Assembly: GCA_965215185.1 (NCBI GenBank)
Contig: OZ244034.1
Span: 2,912,001 to 2,976,000, forward strand
From: Acidimicrobiia bacterium
GTDB lineage: Bacteria > Actinomycetota > Acidimicrobiia > Spongiisociales > ZC4RG35
Direction: 5' to 3'
Length of the DNA stretch: 64,000 bases
Shown: positions 9,530 through 19,055 of the stretch, in pieces
How the letters are laid out: every line of letters starts with the position of its first letter
Numbering within the stretch: position 1 is the first letter of the stretch
The notes under the pieces: model-generated
Seen by the model: the letters and a program-made list of their open reading frames with translations, nothing else
Database searches by the model: none
What the model was told of the DNA's origin: nothing
Made by a program: the position numbers and the translations under genes

Positions 9530-10401
9530 TGGCCGCCTTGGTGCTCAGTGGCCGGGCGGTGGCCTCGGTGGTGATGGAGGAGGTGGCCGCCGCGGTTTCA
9601 GTTCTGTCAGCTTCCGGTTACATTCCCGGCCTGGCAACGGTCCTGGTGGGTGAAGACCCCGCATCGCAAACCTATGTTCGGGCCAAGCGGCGAGATGCCG
9701 CCAAAGTAGGGATTCGCTCCATCCATCATCAATTGGACGAGATCCCCTCCCAAACAGAGTTGGAGGACTTGGTGAGCAGTCTGAGCGCCGATCCCGGGGT
9801 GGACGGAATCTTGGTGCAACTACCCCTTCCCAGAGGGCTGGACGAAGGAAGGGTGGTGGCTTGCATCGACCCCCGAAAAGATGTGGACGGGTTGCATTCT
9901 GAAAACTTGGGTCGCTTGGTGGCCGAATTGTCGGGTCCCCGGCCTTGCACCCCAGCCGGAGTGATGCGAATTCTTTCTCACTATGACCTGCCCGTTTCGG
10001 GCCGGCGAGCGGTGGTAATAGGACGAAGCTTTCTGGTGGGAAAGCCCCTGGCGCTGCTGATGGCCACCAAAGGCGCCGATGCCACGGTCACCATCGCCCA
10101 TTCCCGCACCGTCGACTTGGAAGCCCTGGCCAGGGAGGCCGACATCTTGGTGGCAGCGGTGGGAAGAGCCAAGATGGTAAAGGCGTCCTGGGTGAAGCCG
10201 GGAGCGGTGGTGATTGATGTGGGCATCAACCGCACTGCCGAGGGTTTGGTGGGTGATGTTGACTATGCAGGGGTGAGTGAGGTGGCCTCTGCCATCACTC
10301 CCGTGCCTGGGGGAGTGGGGTTGATGACCAGGGCAATTCTGATGTCCAACACCGTGGCGGCCGCCCGTGGGAACATATCACGATTGGGCGGGGTTGTATA
10401 G
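9529..10401 (+). CDS. folD: Methylene-THF dehydrogenase/cyclohydrolase
   Basis: [32 protein letters not shown]. Confidence 0.97.
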   Translation: MAALVLSGRAVASVVMEEVAAAVSVLSASGYIPGLATVLVGEDPASQTYVRAKRRDAAKVGIRSIHHQLDEIPSQTELEDLVSSLSADPGVDGILVQLPLPRGLDEGRVVACIDPRKDVDGLHSENLGRLVAELSGPRPCTPAGVMRILSHYDLPVSGRRAVVIGRSFLVGKPLALLMATKGADATVTIAHSRTVDLEALAREADILVAAVGRAKMVKASWVKPGAVVIDVGINRTAEGLVGDVDYAGVSEVASAITPVPGGVGLMTRAILMSNTVAAARGNISRLGGVV

Positions 10402-10429
10402 AAGAGATATTCTTTTAGTCGAAAAGACA

Positions 10430-11608
10430 ATGTTTACCTTTCAGGATTTACTCAAAAGAGCCAAGGCGCAGATTAGGGAGGTCATGCCGGCCGAGGTAGA
10501 GCCGCGCCTTTCCAATCCCGAATTACTGATATTGGACGTAAGGGAGCACGAGGAATACCAGCAGGGCGCCATTCCTGGATCGCAACTCATTCCCAGGGGA
10601 CTGTTGGAATCTTCCATCTTCATGCAGGTGCCCGACCCCAACACCGAGATGGTGGTCTACTGCGCGGGAGGCGCCCGGTCCGCTTTGGCCGTCCAGTCCC
10701 TGCAGGAAATGGGATACCGCAATGCTGTTTCCATGGCCGGGGGGTTTGGGCTGTGGAAGGCGGAGGGTCGGCCTTGGTCGGAGCCGGTGACGCTCTCCTC
10801 CGATCAGAAAGTGCGCTACAGCCGACATACCATGTTGCCGGAAGTGGGTGAGGCGGGCCAAGCCAAACTGCTGAATTCCCGAGTGCTGTTGGTGGGGGCG
10901 GGCGGCCTGGGTTCCCCCGCCGCCCTGTATCTGGCGGCGGCGGGAGTGGGGACCCTGGGTGTGGTCGACTTCGACGTCGTGGATGCCTCCAACCTCCAGC
11001 GGCAGATTCTGCACAATATGGATCGGCTGGGTCAACTCAAGGTGGAATCGGCGAGGGAGACCATCACGGCTCTTAACCCCGACGTCAAGGTCGAGCCCTA
11101 CGGGCAGCGCCTCTCAGCCCACAATGTCCTGGAGATAATGTCCGGTTACGACTTGGTGGTGGACGGGGGCGACAACTTCCCCACCCGCTATTTGGTGAAC
11201 GACGCCTCTCTTCATCTCCGTATCCCGGTGGTGCACGGGGCCATCTTCAGATTCGAGGGCCAGGCCAGCGTTTTCCACCCCTACGTGGGTCCTTGCTACC
11301 GGTGCCTCTTTCCCCAGCCCCCTCCGCCCGAACTGGCGCCGTCCTGCGCCGAAGCCGGAGTGCTGGGTGTGCTGCCGGGGATTATCGGTTCCATCGAGGC
11401 GATGGAGGCGATCAAGATACTATTGGGAATAGGCGAACCGTTGGTTGGAAAGCTTCTCACCTACGATGCCTTGACCCAGGATTTCCGAACCCTGAAGCTA
11501 CGCCGCAACCCCGACTGTCTGGCATGCGCTGACGAAAGCCGCCCGCCGGCCATCGTCGAATACGACCAGTACTGTATGCCCGCCGGCTCGGTAACCAGGA
11601 CCGTCTGA
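10430..11608 (+). CDS. moeB: Sulfur-carrier adenylyltransferase/sulfurtransferase with N-terminal rhodanese (MoeZ/MoeB type)
   Basis: Rhodanese YCAGGARS; ThiF-domain RYSRH, GAGGLGS, SNLQRQ, CYRC, PSCAEAG. Confidence 0.9.
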   Translation: MFTFQDLLKRAKAQIREVMPAEVEPRLSNPELLILDVREHEEYQQGAIPGSQLIPRGLLESSIFMQVPDPNTEMVVYCAGGARSALAVQSLQEMGYRNAVSMAGGFGLWKAEGRPWSEPVTLSSDQKVRYSRHTMLPEVGEAGQAKLLNSRVLLVGAGGLGSPAALYLAAAGVGTLGVVDFDVVDASNLQRQILHNMDRLGQLKVESARETITALNPDVKVEPYGQRLSAHNVLEIMSGYDLVVDGGDNFPTRYLVNDASLHLRIPVVHGAIFRFEGQASVFHPYVGPCYRCLFPQPPPPELAPSCAEAGVLGVLPGIIGSIEAMEAIKILLGIGEPLVGKLLTYDALTQDFRTLKLRRNPDCLACADESRPPAIVEYDQYCMPAGSVTRTV

Positions 11609-11645
11609 CCGACCCGGCCTTTCCCGCCCAGCGGGAGATTTTCCA

Positions 11646-12086
11646 ATGTCTGACGAACACTCACGCATCCACGTTCCCGAGCGCATTCAAGAGGTGATGG
11701 TTTCCCATGCTCGTGACTGCTACCCCGAGGAGGCGTGCGGTTTGTTGGCCGGAGATCCTGAGGGTCGTCTGACGATGGCTTATCCGCTCACCAACATCGT
11801 TCATTCCCCGGTCAACTACGTGATCGATCCGACCGAGCATTTCCAGACGCTCAGGCATGCGGAAGCGAACGGCTGGGAACTGGTGGGAGTGTTTCATTCC
11901 CATACCCACTCACCCGCCTACCCGTCTCCCACCGATGTGGCCTTGGCCGTGGAGCCGGACTGGCTGTACGTGCTGGTCGGCATGGAGCGGATGGATACCC
12001 TGTCGGTGCGAGGATTTCGCATCCGGGACCATCAAATCACCGAAACGACTTTAAGCTTCGACACCTCCAGGAGAAGAGTCACATGA
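11646..12086 (+). CDS. mec: JAB/M67 metallopeptidase (CysO-cysteine peptidase)
   Basis: EACGLL and HSH…PSPTD JAB motif; upstream of cysO-cysM. Confidence 0.88.
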   Translation: MSDEHSRIHVPERIQEVMVSHARDCYPEEACGLLAGDPEGRLTMAYPLTNIVHSPVNYVIDPTEHFQTLRHAEANGWELVGVFHSHTHSPAYPSPTDVALAVEPDWLYVLVGMERMDTLSVRGFRIRDHQITETTLSFDTSRRRVT

Positions 12087-12358
12087 CGCATACCGTTCGC
12101 CTGCCCACCATTCTTCGCATTCATGCCGGGGGAGACGCTTCCGTACCCGCCCGCGGCGCAACAGTGGGAGAGGTGTTCTCCGATCTGGGAAAGCGTTATC
12201 CAGCTCTGGCCCGCCAACTACTGAATCCGGATGGTTCGGTGCCGGTGTTCGTCAATATCTTCCTCAACGACGAGGACATCCGCTATCTCAACGGTTTGGA
12301 TACTCCTGTTTCGCAACCGGCGGAGATCACCATTCTTCCCTCGGTGGCCGGTGGTTAA
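12083..12358 (+). CDS. cysO: Ubiquitin-like sulfur carrier (MoaD/ThiS family)
   Basis: VNIFLNDEDIRYL and C-terminal AGG. Confidence 0.88.
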   Translation: MTHTVRLPTILRIHAGGDASVPARGATVGEVFSDLGKRYPALARQLLNPDGSVPVFVNIFLNDEDIRYLNGLDTPVSQPAEITILPSVAGG

Positions 12359-13295
12359 TACTCTCTTGTCCCCGCCCGGGCGATTGACGGCCTCCTCTCC
12401 CACTCCTTTAGTGCGCCTGGAGGCCTTTTCCCCGCCCGGTGTGGACATCTACGCCAAACTGGAGTGGTTTCAGCCCACCGGTTCCATCAAGGACCGGATC
12501 GCGGCGGCGATGTTGGAGAAAGCCCAGGCCGACGGACAGTTAGGACCGGGAACCCGTCTCTTGGAGCCCTCGTCGGGCAACACTGGGATCGCGCTGGCCC
12601 GGCTGGCTCGGCTGTGGAACATTCCGTTAACGGTGGTGATGGCTGAAGGCGTGAGCGCCGAACGAATCAAGATGTTGAAGATCTACGGAGCTGAGATCAT
12701 CTTCTCTCCCGGAGACCAGGGCTCCAACGGTGCGGTGCGCATGGCCGAGGAGATGGCGGCCACGGGCGACTATTTGATGCTGCATCAGTACAACAATCCG
12801 GCCAATGTCGATGCTCACTACCGGGGTACCGGTCCGGAGATTGTGGCCGAGTTGGACAGGGTGGACGCCCTGGTGGCCGGACTGGGAACGGGAGGGACTC
12901 TGATGGGCGCCGGTGCGGCGGTCCGGGAAATTCATCCCCAAGTGCAGGTGGTGGCGGCCGAGCCGCCGGTTGGCGAGACCATCACCGGCTTGCGGTCCAT
13001 GTCGGCCGGCTACATTCCCCCCATCTTCGACCCGGCTCAGATCGATCGCCGGTTGTTGGTGCGCCTGCGGCCCACCATCGAATACACCCGTCTGCTGCTT
13101 TCTGCCGAGGGGCTGTTCGCCGGACCCTCCTGCGGGGCGGCACTGGCGGTGGCTATTCGGGTCGCCAGACAGATGCAGTCGGGGACAGTGGTGACCATCT
13201 TCCCCGACGCCGGGTGGAAATACCTCTCCACTGGGATTTATACGGGGTCCATCGACCAAGCTGTGGAAAAGGCCGCCAACCAGATCCTCTGGTAG
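12351..13295 (+). CDS. cysM: CysO-dependent PLP cysteine synthase
   Basis: PTGSIKDR PLP lysine, SSGNTG, GLGTGGT, DAGWKYLST; GTG start at 12351. Confidence 0.88.
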   Translation: MVNTLLSPPGRLTASSPTPLVRLEAFSPPGVDIYAKLEWFQPTGSIKDRIAAAMLEKAQADGQLGPGTRLLEPSSGNTGIALARLARLWNIPLTVVMAEGVSAERIKMLKIYGAEIIFSPGDQGSNGAVRMAEEMAATGDYLMLHQYNNPANVDAHYRGTGPEIVAELDRVDALVAGLGTGGTLMGAGAAVREIHPQVQVVAAEPPVGETITGLRSMSAGYIPPIFDPAQIDRRLLVRLRPTIEYTRLLLSAEGLFAGPSCGAALAVAIRVARQMQSGTVVTIFPDAGWKYLSTGIYTGSIDQAVEKAANQILW

Positions 13296-13464
13296 CGAGT
13301 TATACGCCCACCCTTCCAGCCGTCACCTACATTTCCCCGCAACCTTCCGGCGAGGTGGGGCGGGTATTGGCGCCAACGGCCGATGTCACATCCCCCTCAT
13401 ACAGTGATTTCATGCACACCTATCACAGTTGGGAGCAGTTGTTCTTCACGGAGCCAGTGGAGAA

Positions 13465-15540
13465 ATGAGATCGATGATGGATGATCCGTTTGTTGACGAA
13501 GCTCTCAGGCTGCTACGGAAACTTACTGGGCAAACCTCCACAGGTTTTCGGCCTGGGCAACTGGAGGCTATTAGGCGACTGGTGGAGGGCCGGGAGCGGG
13601 TTCTTCTCGTTCAAAGGACCGGGTGGGGGAAGAGCGCGGTTTACTTCATCTCAACCCGGATGCTTCGCGACCGCAGTGCGGGCCCGACTCTGCTGGTCTC
13701 TCCGCTCCTTGCCTTAATGCGTAATCAGATTGAAGCGGCGGAGCGTATGGGAGTGCGCGCGATCACCATCAACAGTTCCAACCGCGCCGAGTGGGCTACG
13801 TTGGAGGACAAACTCAACCTTGATGCCGTGGACATCCTGTTGATCTCACCCGAGCGGTTGGCCAATCAGAAGTTCCGGTCCGAACTCTTGCCCAAGATTG
13901 TTCGTCGTAGCGGCCTTGTTGTGGTTGATGAGGCGCACTGCATATCGGATTGGGGCCATGACTTTCGTCCCGACTACCGTCGAATAGCACGCGTCCTGGA
14001 TTTCCTCCCTGGTGTGCCTGTCCTGTGTTGCACCGCAACGGCGAATGAACGTGTCATCGAAGATATCACGACACAACTGGGATCAGGACTCACGTTGGTC
14101 AGGGGACCATTATCGCGCAGTGGTCTTCGGCTGCACGTACTTGGGATCCCGTCGCAAGCCGAGCGCCTAACGTGGCTTGCCGTAGTCCTTCCCACGTTGG
14201 AGGGGACGGGAGTGATCTACTGCCTCACCGTGTCGGACACCCGTCGGGTAGCGGGATGGCTGAAGTCTATGGGAATTGATGCGGTTGCCTACAGTGGCGC
14301 AACGGACGCGGGCCACAGGATCGGTATCGAACAGGATCTGTTGTCCAACCAGGTAAAGGTGGTAGTGGCCACTTCGGCTCTCGGGATGGGATTCGACAAA
14401 CCGGACTTATCTTTCGTAATCCACTACCAGTCGCCAGGATCGCCGATTGCGTACTACCAGCAAGTGGGCCGTGCCGGACGGGCGCTCGGCGAATCCTGGG
14501 GAATCTTGTTGCGTGGAAGGGAAGACAAAGACATACAGGACTATTTCATCTACTCGGCTTTTCCACGGGTTGATCTGGCGCAAAGCGTTGTGGAGTTGCT
14601 CGAGGAGCGGGCGGAGCCTATGTCTCGTGATGACTTGTTCGAATCAGTGAATGTCCGGTTGGGCCAGCTTGACAATCTTCTCAAAAATCTGGAGGTTGAG
14701 GGGGCTGTTGAACGGGAAGGCTCTCGTTGGCGCCGAACCCTGAGAAGATGGAGATTTGATTTTGACCGTGTCGAGCTAGCGACCACTCAACGGAGGACCG
14801 AACAAGATCAAATGCTCGACTATGTCCGCACCCGGGGCTGTCGTATGCAATTGCTGGGTGCTTACCTCGACGACGTGGTCTCACAGCCATGCGGTATCTG
14901 TGATAATTGCACCGATCAAAGTCTGGCAATGCCCTTCGATCCTGAAGTCGTGCAACGGGCGGTCGAATACCTGCGAATGGTCGAATTGATTATTGAGCCT
15001 CGTAAGCAACTGCCGGACCGAAAGAGAATCCCGAAAGACCAGCAACTCGAGACCGGACGGTCGCTGGCAGTGTGGGGTGACAGTGGGTGGGGAACCCTCG
15101 TCCGGGCGGGCAAACAGGAACGGCGCCACTTCGATGACCGACTGGTAAACGCCGCGGCAGATCTGATTCAGAGCCGTTGGGCGCCGGAACCTGCGCCGGC
15201 TTGGATTACCTCTGTGCCATCGCTTCGGAATCCGCGGCTGGTCGCAGACTTTGCTGCCCGACTGGCGGCATCTTTGGGACTCTCTTATAAGAACGTGGTC
15301 GAAAAAGCGCGAGAAACAGCACCACAGAAAACAATGCAAAACAGCCACCGGCAGTACCGCAATGTGCGGGGGGCGTTCAGGATCTGCGGGGCTGTTCCTC
15401 CCGGGCCAGTGTTGCTGGTGGACGCCGTCGTAGACTCCCGGTGGACGTTGACAACCGTAGGAGGGCAACTGCGAGGCGCTGGGGCTGGCCCGGTTTACCC
15501 ATTCGCATTGGCCGATACGGCAGGAAGATCTGGTACATGA
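13465..15540 (+). CDS. RecQ-like DEAH helicase with C-terminal PRTase-like domain (RqlH type)
   Basis: QRTGWGKS, DEAHCISDWGHDFRP, TATA, YYQQVGRAGR, Zn motif CRM…CGICDNC, C-terminal PQKTMQNS and VLLVDAVVDSRWT. Confidence 0.9.
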   Translation: MRSMMDDPFVDEALRLLRKLTGQTSTGFRPGQLEAIRRLVEGRERVLLVQRTGWGKSAVYFISTRMLRDRSAGPTLLVSPLLALMRNQIEAAERMGVRAITINSSNRAEWATLEDKLNLDAVDILLISPERLANQKFRSELLPKIVRRSGLVVVDEAHCISDWGHDFRPDYRRIARVLDFLPGVPVLCCTATANERVIEDITTQLGSGLTLVRGPLSRSGLRLHVLGIPSQAERLTWLAVVLPTLEGTGVIYCLTVSDTRRVAGWLKSMGIDAVAYSGATDAGHRIGIEQDLLSNQVKVVVATSALGMGFDKPDLSFVIHYQSPGSPIAYYQQVGRAGRALGESWGILLRGREDKDIQDYFIYSAFPRVDLAQSVVELLEERAEPMSRDDLFESVNVRLGQLDNLLKNLEVEGAVEREGSRWRRTLRRWRFDFDRVELATTQRRTEQDQMLDYVRTRGCRMQLLGAYLDDVVSQPCGICDNCTDQSLAMPFDPEVVQRAVEYLRMVELIIEPRKQLPDRKRIPKDQQLETGRSLAVWGDSGWGTLVRAGKQERRHFDDRLVNAAADLIQSRWAPEPAPAWITSVPSLRNPRLVADFAARLAASLGLSYKNVVEKARETAPQKTMQNSHRQYRNVRGAFRICGAVPPGPVLLVDAVVDSRWTLTTVGGQLRGAGAGPVYPFALADTAGRSGT

Positions 15541-16511
15541 TGAACGAGGATTCTCTGGCCACAATTCTTCTCGTGAGCCGGGTCCACAGCAAGGGGACGC
15601 GGCCTCTCAAGGCGACCGAGTACTGGAAGCTTAGGGAACATGTCGCACATCCGGGCGTTCTCCTGGGTCAGACTGAGAGAGAGCTTGTGGGCGAGCACGG
15701 CTTTTCTGAGGAAATGGCGGCAAGGATCATTGGGTTGCTAGATCGGGCTAGAGCTATGGCCTTCGAATTAGAGCAACTCGATCAAACGGGTATCTGCACG
15801 GTTACTCCGTTCGATGATGGTTATCCGCAGCGTTTGGTCGACCAACTCGGTTCGAAGGCGCCTGGTCTGCTTCACGCGGCCGGTGCTCTTGAACTGCTCG
15901 ATCAGCCTGGCATCGGAGTGGTAGGCAGCCGTGATGTTTCTCCCGAGGGGGCGGAAGTGGCAAAGGGCGCCGCGGCAAGGGCAACTCCCTCAGGCTTGGG
16001 ATTGATCTCGGGCGGCGCCCGCGGGGTTGATCAACTGGCTATGAACACAGCTTTCCAAGCTGGCGGAAATGTGATTGGCGTCCTTGCGGATTCACTGGTG
16101 CGCAAGCTAAGGAATCCGGATGTGCGCAGAGCTATCTATGACGATCACGCTGTCATGTGCACTCCTTACAGTCCCAAGGAGCCGTTCAGGGTTTGGAACG
16201 CTATGGGACGTAACAAGGTCATCTACGCGTTGTCCAATGTCACCCTGGTTGTTGCCTGCGAGGTGGAAAGGGGTGGTACGTGGTCGGGTGCCACTGAGGC
16301 ACTGCAAGAAGGATTCGGGCGAGTAGCCGTGTGGAGGGGAGCGGGTGAAGGGGCGGGGAACGAACGACTTCAAAACCTCGGCGCCCGGCCTATCCGGTCC
16401 ATGGACGAACTTGAGGCTGTCTTGAAGCCGAGAAGAAAGGTTGCTCTAGAGGCCGATGGAAGCGATTCCCCACCTACGAAACAGCTTTCCCTTTTCGAAA
16501 AAACCGCGTAA
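15537..16511 (+). CDS. DprA/Smf-like protein (RqlI type)
   Basis: YPQRL, GVVGSR, SGGARGVD, AMGRNKVIY, GGTWSGA; ATGA overlap with the helicase stop codon. Confidence 0.88.
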   Translation: MMNEDSLATILLVSRVHSKGTRPLKATEYWKLREHVAHPGVLLGQTERELVGEHGFSEEMAARIIGLLDRARAMAFELEQLDQTGICTVTPFDDGYPQRLVDQLGSKAPGLLHAAGALELLDQPGIGVVGSRDVSPEGAEVAKGAAARATPSGLGLISGGARGVDQLAMNTAFQAGGNVIGVLADSLVRKLRNPDVRRAIYDDHAVMCTPYSPKEPFRVWNAMGRNKVIYALSNVTLVVACEVERGGTWSGATEALQEGFGRVAVWRGAGEGAGNERLQNLGARPIRSMDELEAVLKPRRKVALEADGSDSPPTKQLSLFEKTA

Positions 16512-16573
16512 GTAGGCAGGGGTTTCTCCCAAACCGGTTCTGACAAGGGGGTGAGGTGGCGGCCCTAACAATC

Positions 16574-17845
16574 TCAGAGGGTGGCCAAGAGGCCTCCGCC
16601 AGCGGCGGCGAGCAGCACAACCACCCAGGGGGGGAGCTTCCAGAAGGCCAGGAGGCCGAAGGCGACCAAGGCAAGGGCAAGGTCCGGAGGCTCTCGGATG
16701 GCATTGGTCCACAGCGGGTCGTAAAGAGCCATCAGCAGGATTCCGATTACCGCCGCGTTGATTCCGCGCAGCGCCGCTTGGACTCCGGTATTGGTCCGCA
16801 ACGCGGCGAAGAACGGCAGAGCCGCCATCACCATAAGGAGGGAAGGCAGGTAGAGAGCCACCAAGGCCAGCGCCGCGCCCGCTATCCCGTTGGGTTCTGG
16901 AGTCATCACCGCCCCCAGATACGAGGAGAATGTGAATACCGGACCCGGGACGGCCTGGGCGGCACCGAAGCCGGCGATGAAGAGTTCCTCGTCGACCCAA
17001 CCGGGCCCTACCAGTTCCGATTCCAGCAGGGGCAGTACCACCGGTCCCCCGCCGAACACCAGGGACCCGGCTCCGTAGAAGGCGTCGGTGACCTCCACGA
17101 ACTCGGCCTCGGTTGTACGACGGGCGATGGGAAGGGCCAGCAGCAGACCGAAAAAGACAATGGCGGCGACCACCCCCGATCGTCGACTGAAGGCGGGAAG
17201 ACCGCGTTCGCCGGGATCCGCGGCGTGATCTCGGCAGAAGCGCCATCCCAGGAGGCCCCCCACCACGATCACCGCCACGGCAGCGGTCCGGGTGGAGGAG
17301 GGAAAGGCGATCAGTGCCACGGCGGCTGCGATGGCCAGCGAACTGCGGAATGGGTCAGGCGCCAGTTTGGACCACAGCTTCCACACCGCCAGGCCCACCA
17401 CCGGCACCGCCACCACCACCAGACCGTGCACCCACCCCTGAGCCCGGTCGCCGATCCGAGCGGCGCCCAGGCCCACGGAGGTGAGGATGATCGCGGAGGG
17501 GAGCGTGAACCCCAGCCATGCCGCCAATCCGCCTCGAAGTCCTCCCCGCACCATGCCGACTGCAAACCCCAGCTGGGAACTGGCTGCGCCCGGGAACGCC
17601 TGGGAGAGAGCTAGGAGATCGGCGAAGGTCCCCTCGTCCACCCACCGGCGCCGCTGGACGTACTCATCATGAAAATAGCCGAAATGCGCCACCGGCCCCC
17701 CAAAGGAGGTGAGGCCCAGCCGAAGAGCCACCCAGAAAACCTCCCAGAACCTTCCCCGTTCCGGGCGGGATAACCCGCCGGCGCCTTTCACTGGCCTCTG
17801 CCTGGCCGCGGTGGCAGGACAAAACCCTTGCTGCTGGGTTCCCAA
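16574..17845 (-). CDS. chrA: Chromate efflux transporter
   Basis: GLTSFGGP, PGAASSQ, FTLPS, FGGG, AQAVPGP in two homologous halves. Start position uncertain. Confidence 0.9.
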   Translation of the reverse strand: MGTQQQGFCPATAARQRPVKGAGGLSRPERGRFWEVFWVALRLGLTSFGGPVAHFGYFHDEYVQRRRWVDEGTFADLLALSQAFPGAASSQLGFAVGMVRGGLRGGLAAWLGFTLPSAIILTSVGLGAARIGDRAQGWVHGLVVVAVPVVGLAVWKLWSKLAPDPFRSSLAIAAAVALIAFPSSTRTAAVAVIVVGGLLGWRFCRDHAADPGERGLPAFSRRSGVVAAIVFFGLLLALPIARRTTEAEFVEVTDAFYGAGSLVFGGGPVVLPLLESELVGPGWVDEELFIAGFGAAQAVPGPVFTFSSYLGAVMTPEPNGIAGAALALVALYLPSLLMVMAALPFFAALRTNTGVQAALRGINAAVIGILLMALYDPLWTNAIREPPDLALALVAFGLLAFWKLPPWVVVLLAAAGGGLLATL

Positions 17846-18032
17846 GGTCGTTTAGCTATCACACACATCCCTTCTCCTGGCAATCCACAGCGCATCCTCA
17901 AAAGTTTCACCACAATTCGGGCATCCTATATTCGCGCCCCCTAGTTCACAGGCCGATCGCCTGAGGAGTTTCACACTATGGGCGGGTCGCTCGAACCGTT
18001 CGCCACGTGGATTCAAGCCCGAGCCCGCCAAA

Positions 18033-19055
18033 TCAGAATTCGCGGTTCACCAAAAAACGCCCCAAACCGTGAAGTTCTTCTGCCACCCTCGGCTCGATAT
18101 CGGCGGCGGAGAGGGCTTGCGCGGCGCGTTGCAGGCATTCTTGAGAAGCAAAGGCTGTGGCGGCTCGCCCGCCCGCCTCCTCCACGAGCGCGGCTGCTGT
18201 GGTAATGTCGTGATCACTAAGGTGCTCCCGGGCGTAGATCTCGGCCAGTAGCGCACCGGCTTTGGTGCCCGAACGCATAGCCACCGTCACCGGGATCGAC
18301 ATTTTGCGCTCCCGCAGGTCGTTACCGGCGGGTTTGCCGGTAACCGCCGGGTCTCCCCAGATACCAAGCAGATCATCCATAGCCTGAAATCCCAGCCCCA
18401 GATCTTTACCGAAACTGCGCAACGCCTCCACGGTATGGGCGGGGGCGCCAGCCAAGATCGCTCCCACTGCGCTGGCATGAGCCAGTAGGGCTCCCGTCTT
18501 CTGTGAGACCATGTCCCAGCAGTCCTCCACCTCGACAAGCTCCCGACGGTTGAAGGACATGTCCAAGTACTGGCCGGCGATCATCGCCATTGTGGCCTGC
18601 GCCAAGTCGGCCGCGGCGGCCATGTGGGCCGGTGTGGACTCCTCCAGTAACACCTGGATGGCCAAAACCATGAGTGCGTCGCCCGCGATGATGGCGTTTC
18701 CGGCCCCGAAAACCTTCCACATGGTGGACCGGTGTCGGCGTTCGGCGTCATCGTCGACGATGTCGTCATGGACGAGTGAGAAGTTGTGGACCAATTCCAC
18801 CGCCACCGCCCCGGGGAGGGCAACTTCGGGTGAAGCTCCCACCGCCTCGGCCGAAAGGAGCGCCAATGTGGGCCGAACTCCCTTGCCGTACCGCCCCTTT
18901 GGAAGGGGTAGGCCAGCGGCGTCGGCCCAGCCGAAGTGGTAGCGAGCGGGAACCGATAACTCGGGGGAGAGTCGGTCTACCGCGGCGAGGAGGGCGGGCT
19001 GGATCAAGGCGCTGGTCCGGTCCAGCACGTCGGGAATGCGGCGCTTCATGTTCAT
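18033..19055 (-). CDS. Polyprenyl diphosphate (FPP/GGPP) synthase
   Basis: GKGVRP, first Asp-rich motif LVHDDIVD, KTGALL, second Asp-rich region QAMDDLLGIWGD. Confidence 0.92.
   Translation of the reverse strand: MNMKRRIPDVLDRTSALIQPALLAAVDRLSPELSVPARYHFGWADAAGLPLPKGRYGKGVRPTLALLSAEAVGASPEVALPGAVAVELVHNFSLVHDDIVDDDAERRHRSTMWKVFGAGNAIIAGDALMVLAIQVLLEESTPAHMAAAADLAQATMAMIAGQYLDMSFNRRELVEVEDCWDMVSQKTGALLAHASAVGAILAGAPAHTVEALRSFGKDLGLGFQAMDDLLGIWGDPAVTGKPAGNDLRERKMSIPVTVAMRSGTKAGALLAEIYAREHLSDHDITTAAALVEEAGGRAATAFASQECLQRAAQALSAADIEPRVAEELHGLGRFLVNREF

Noticed and set aside
10430-13295. E1-like + JAB + ubiquitin-like genes next to a helicase, as a possible ubiquitin-type defence system
   Set aside because: No E2 is present, and the coupled cysM identifies the known CysO-dependent cysteine pathway.
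13433-13444. LexA box upstream of the helicase (GAGC-agtt-GTTC)
   Set aside because: It has a mismatch in the conserved GAAC half-site and weak flanks, so it is expected by chance.
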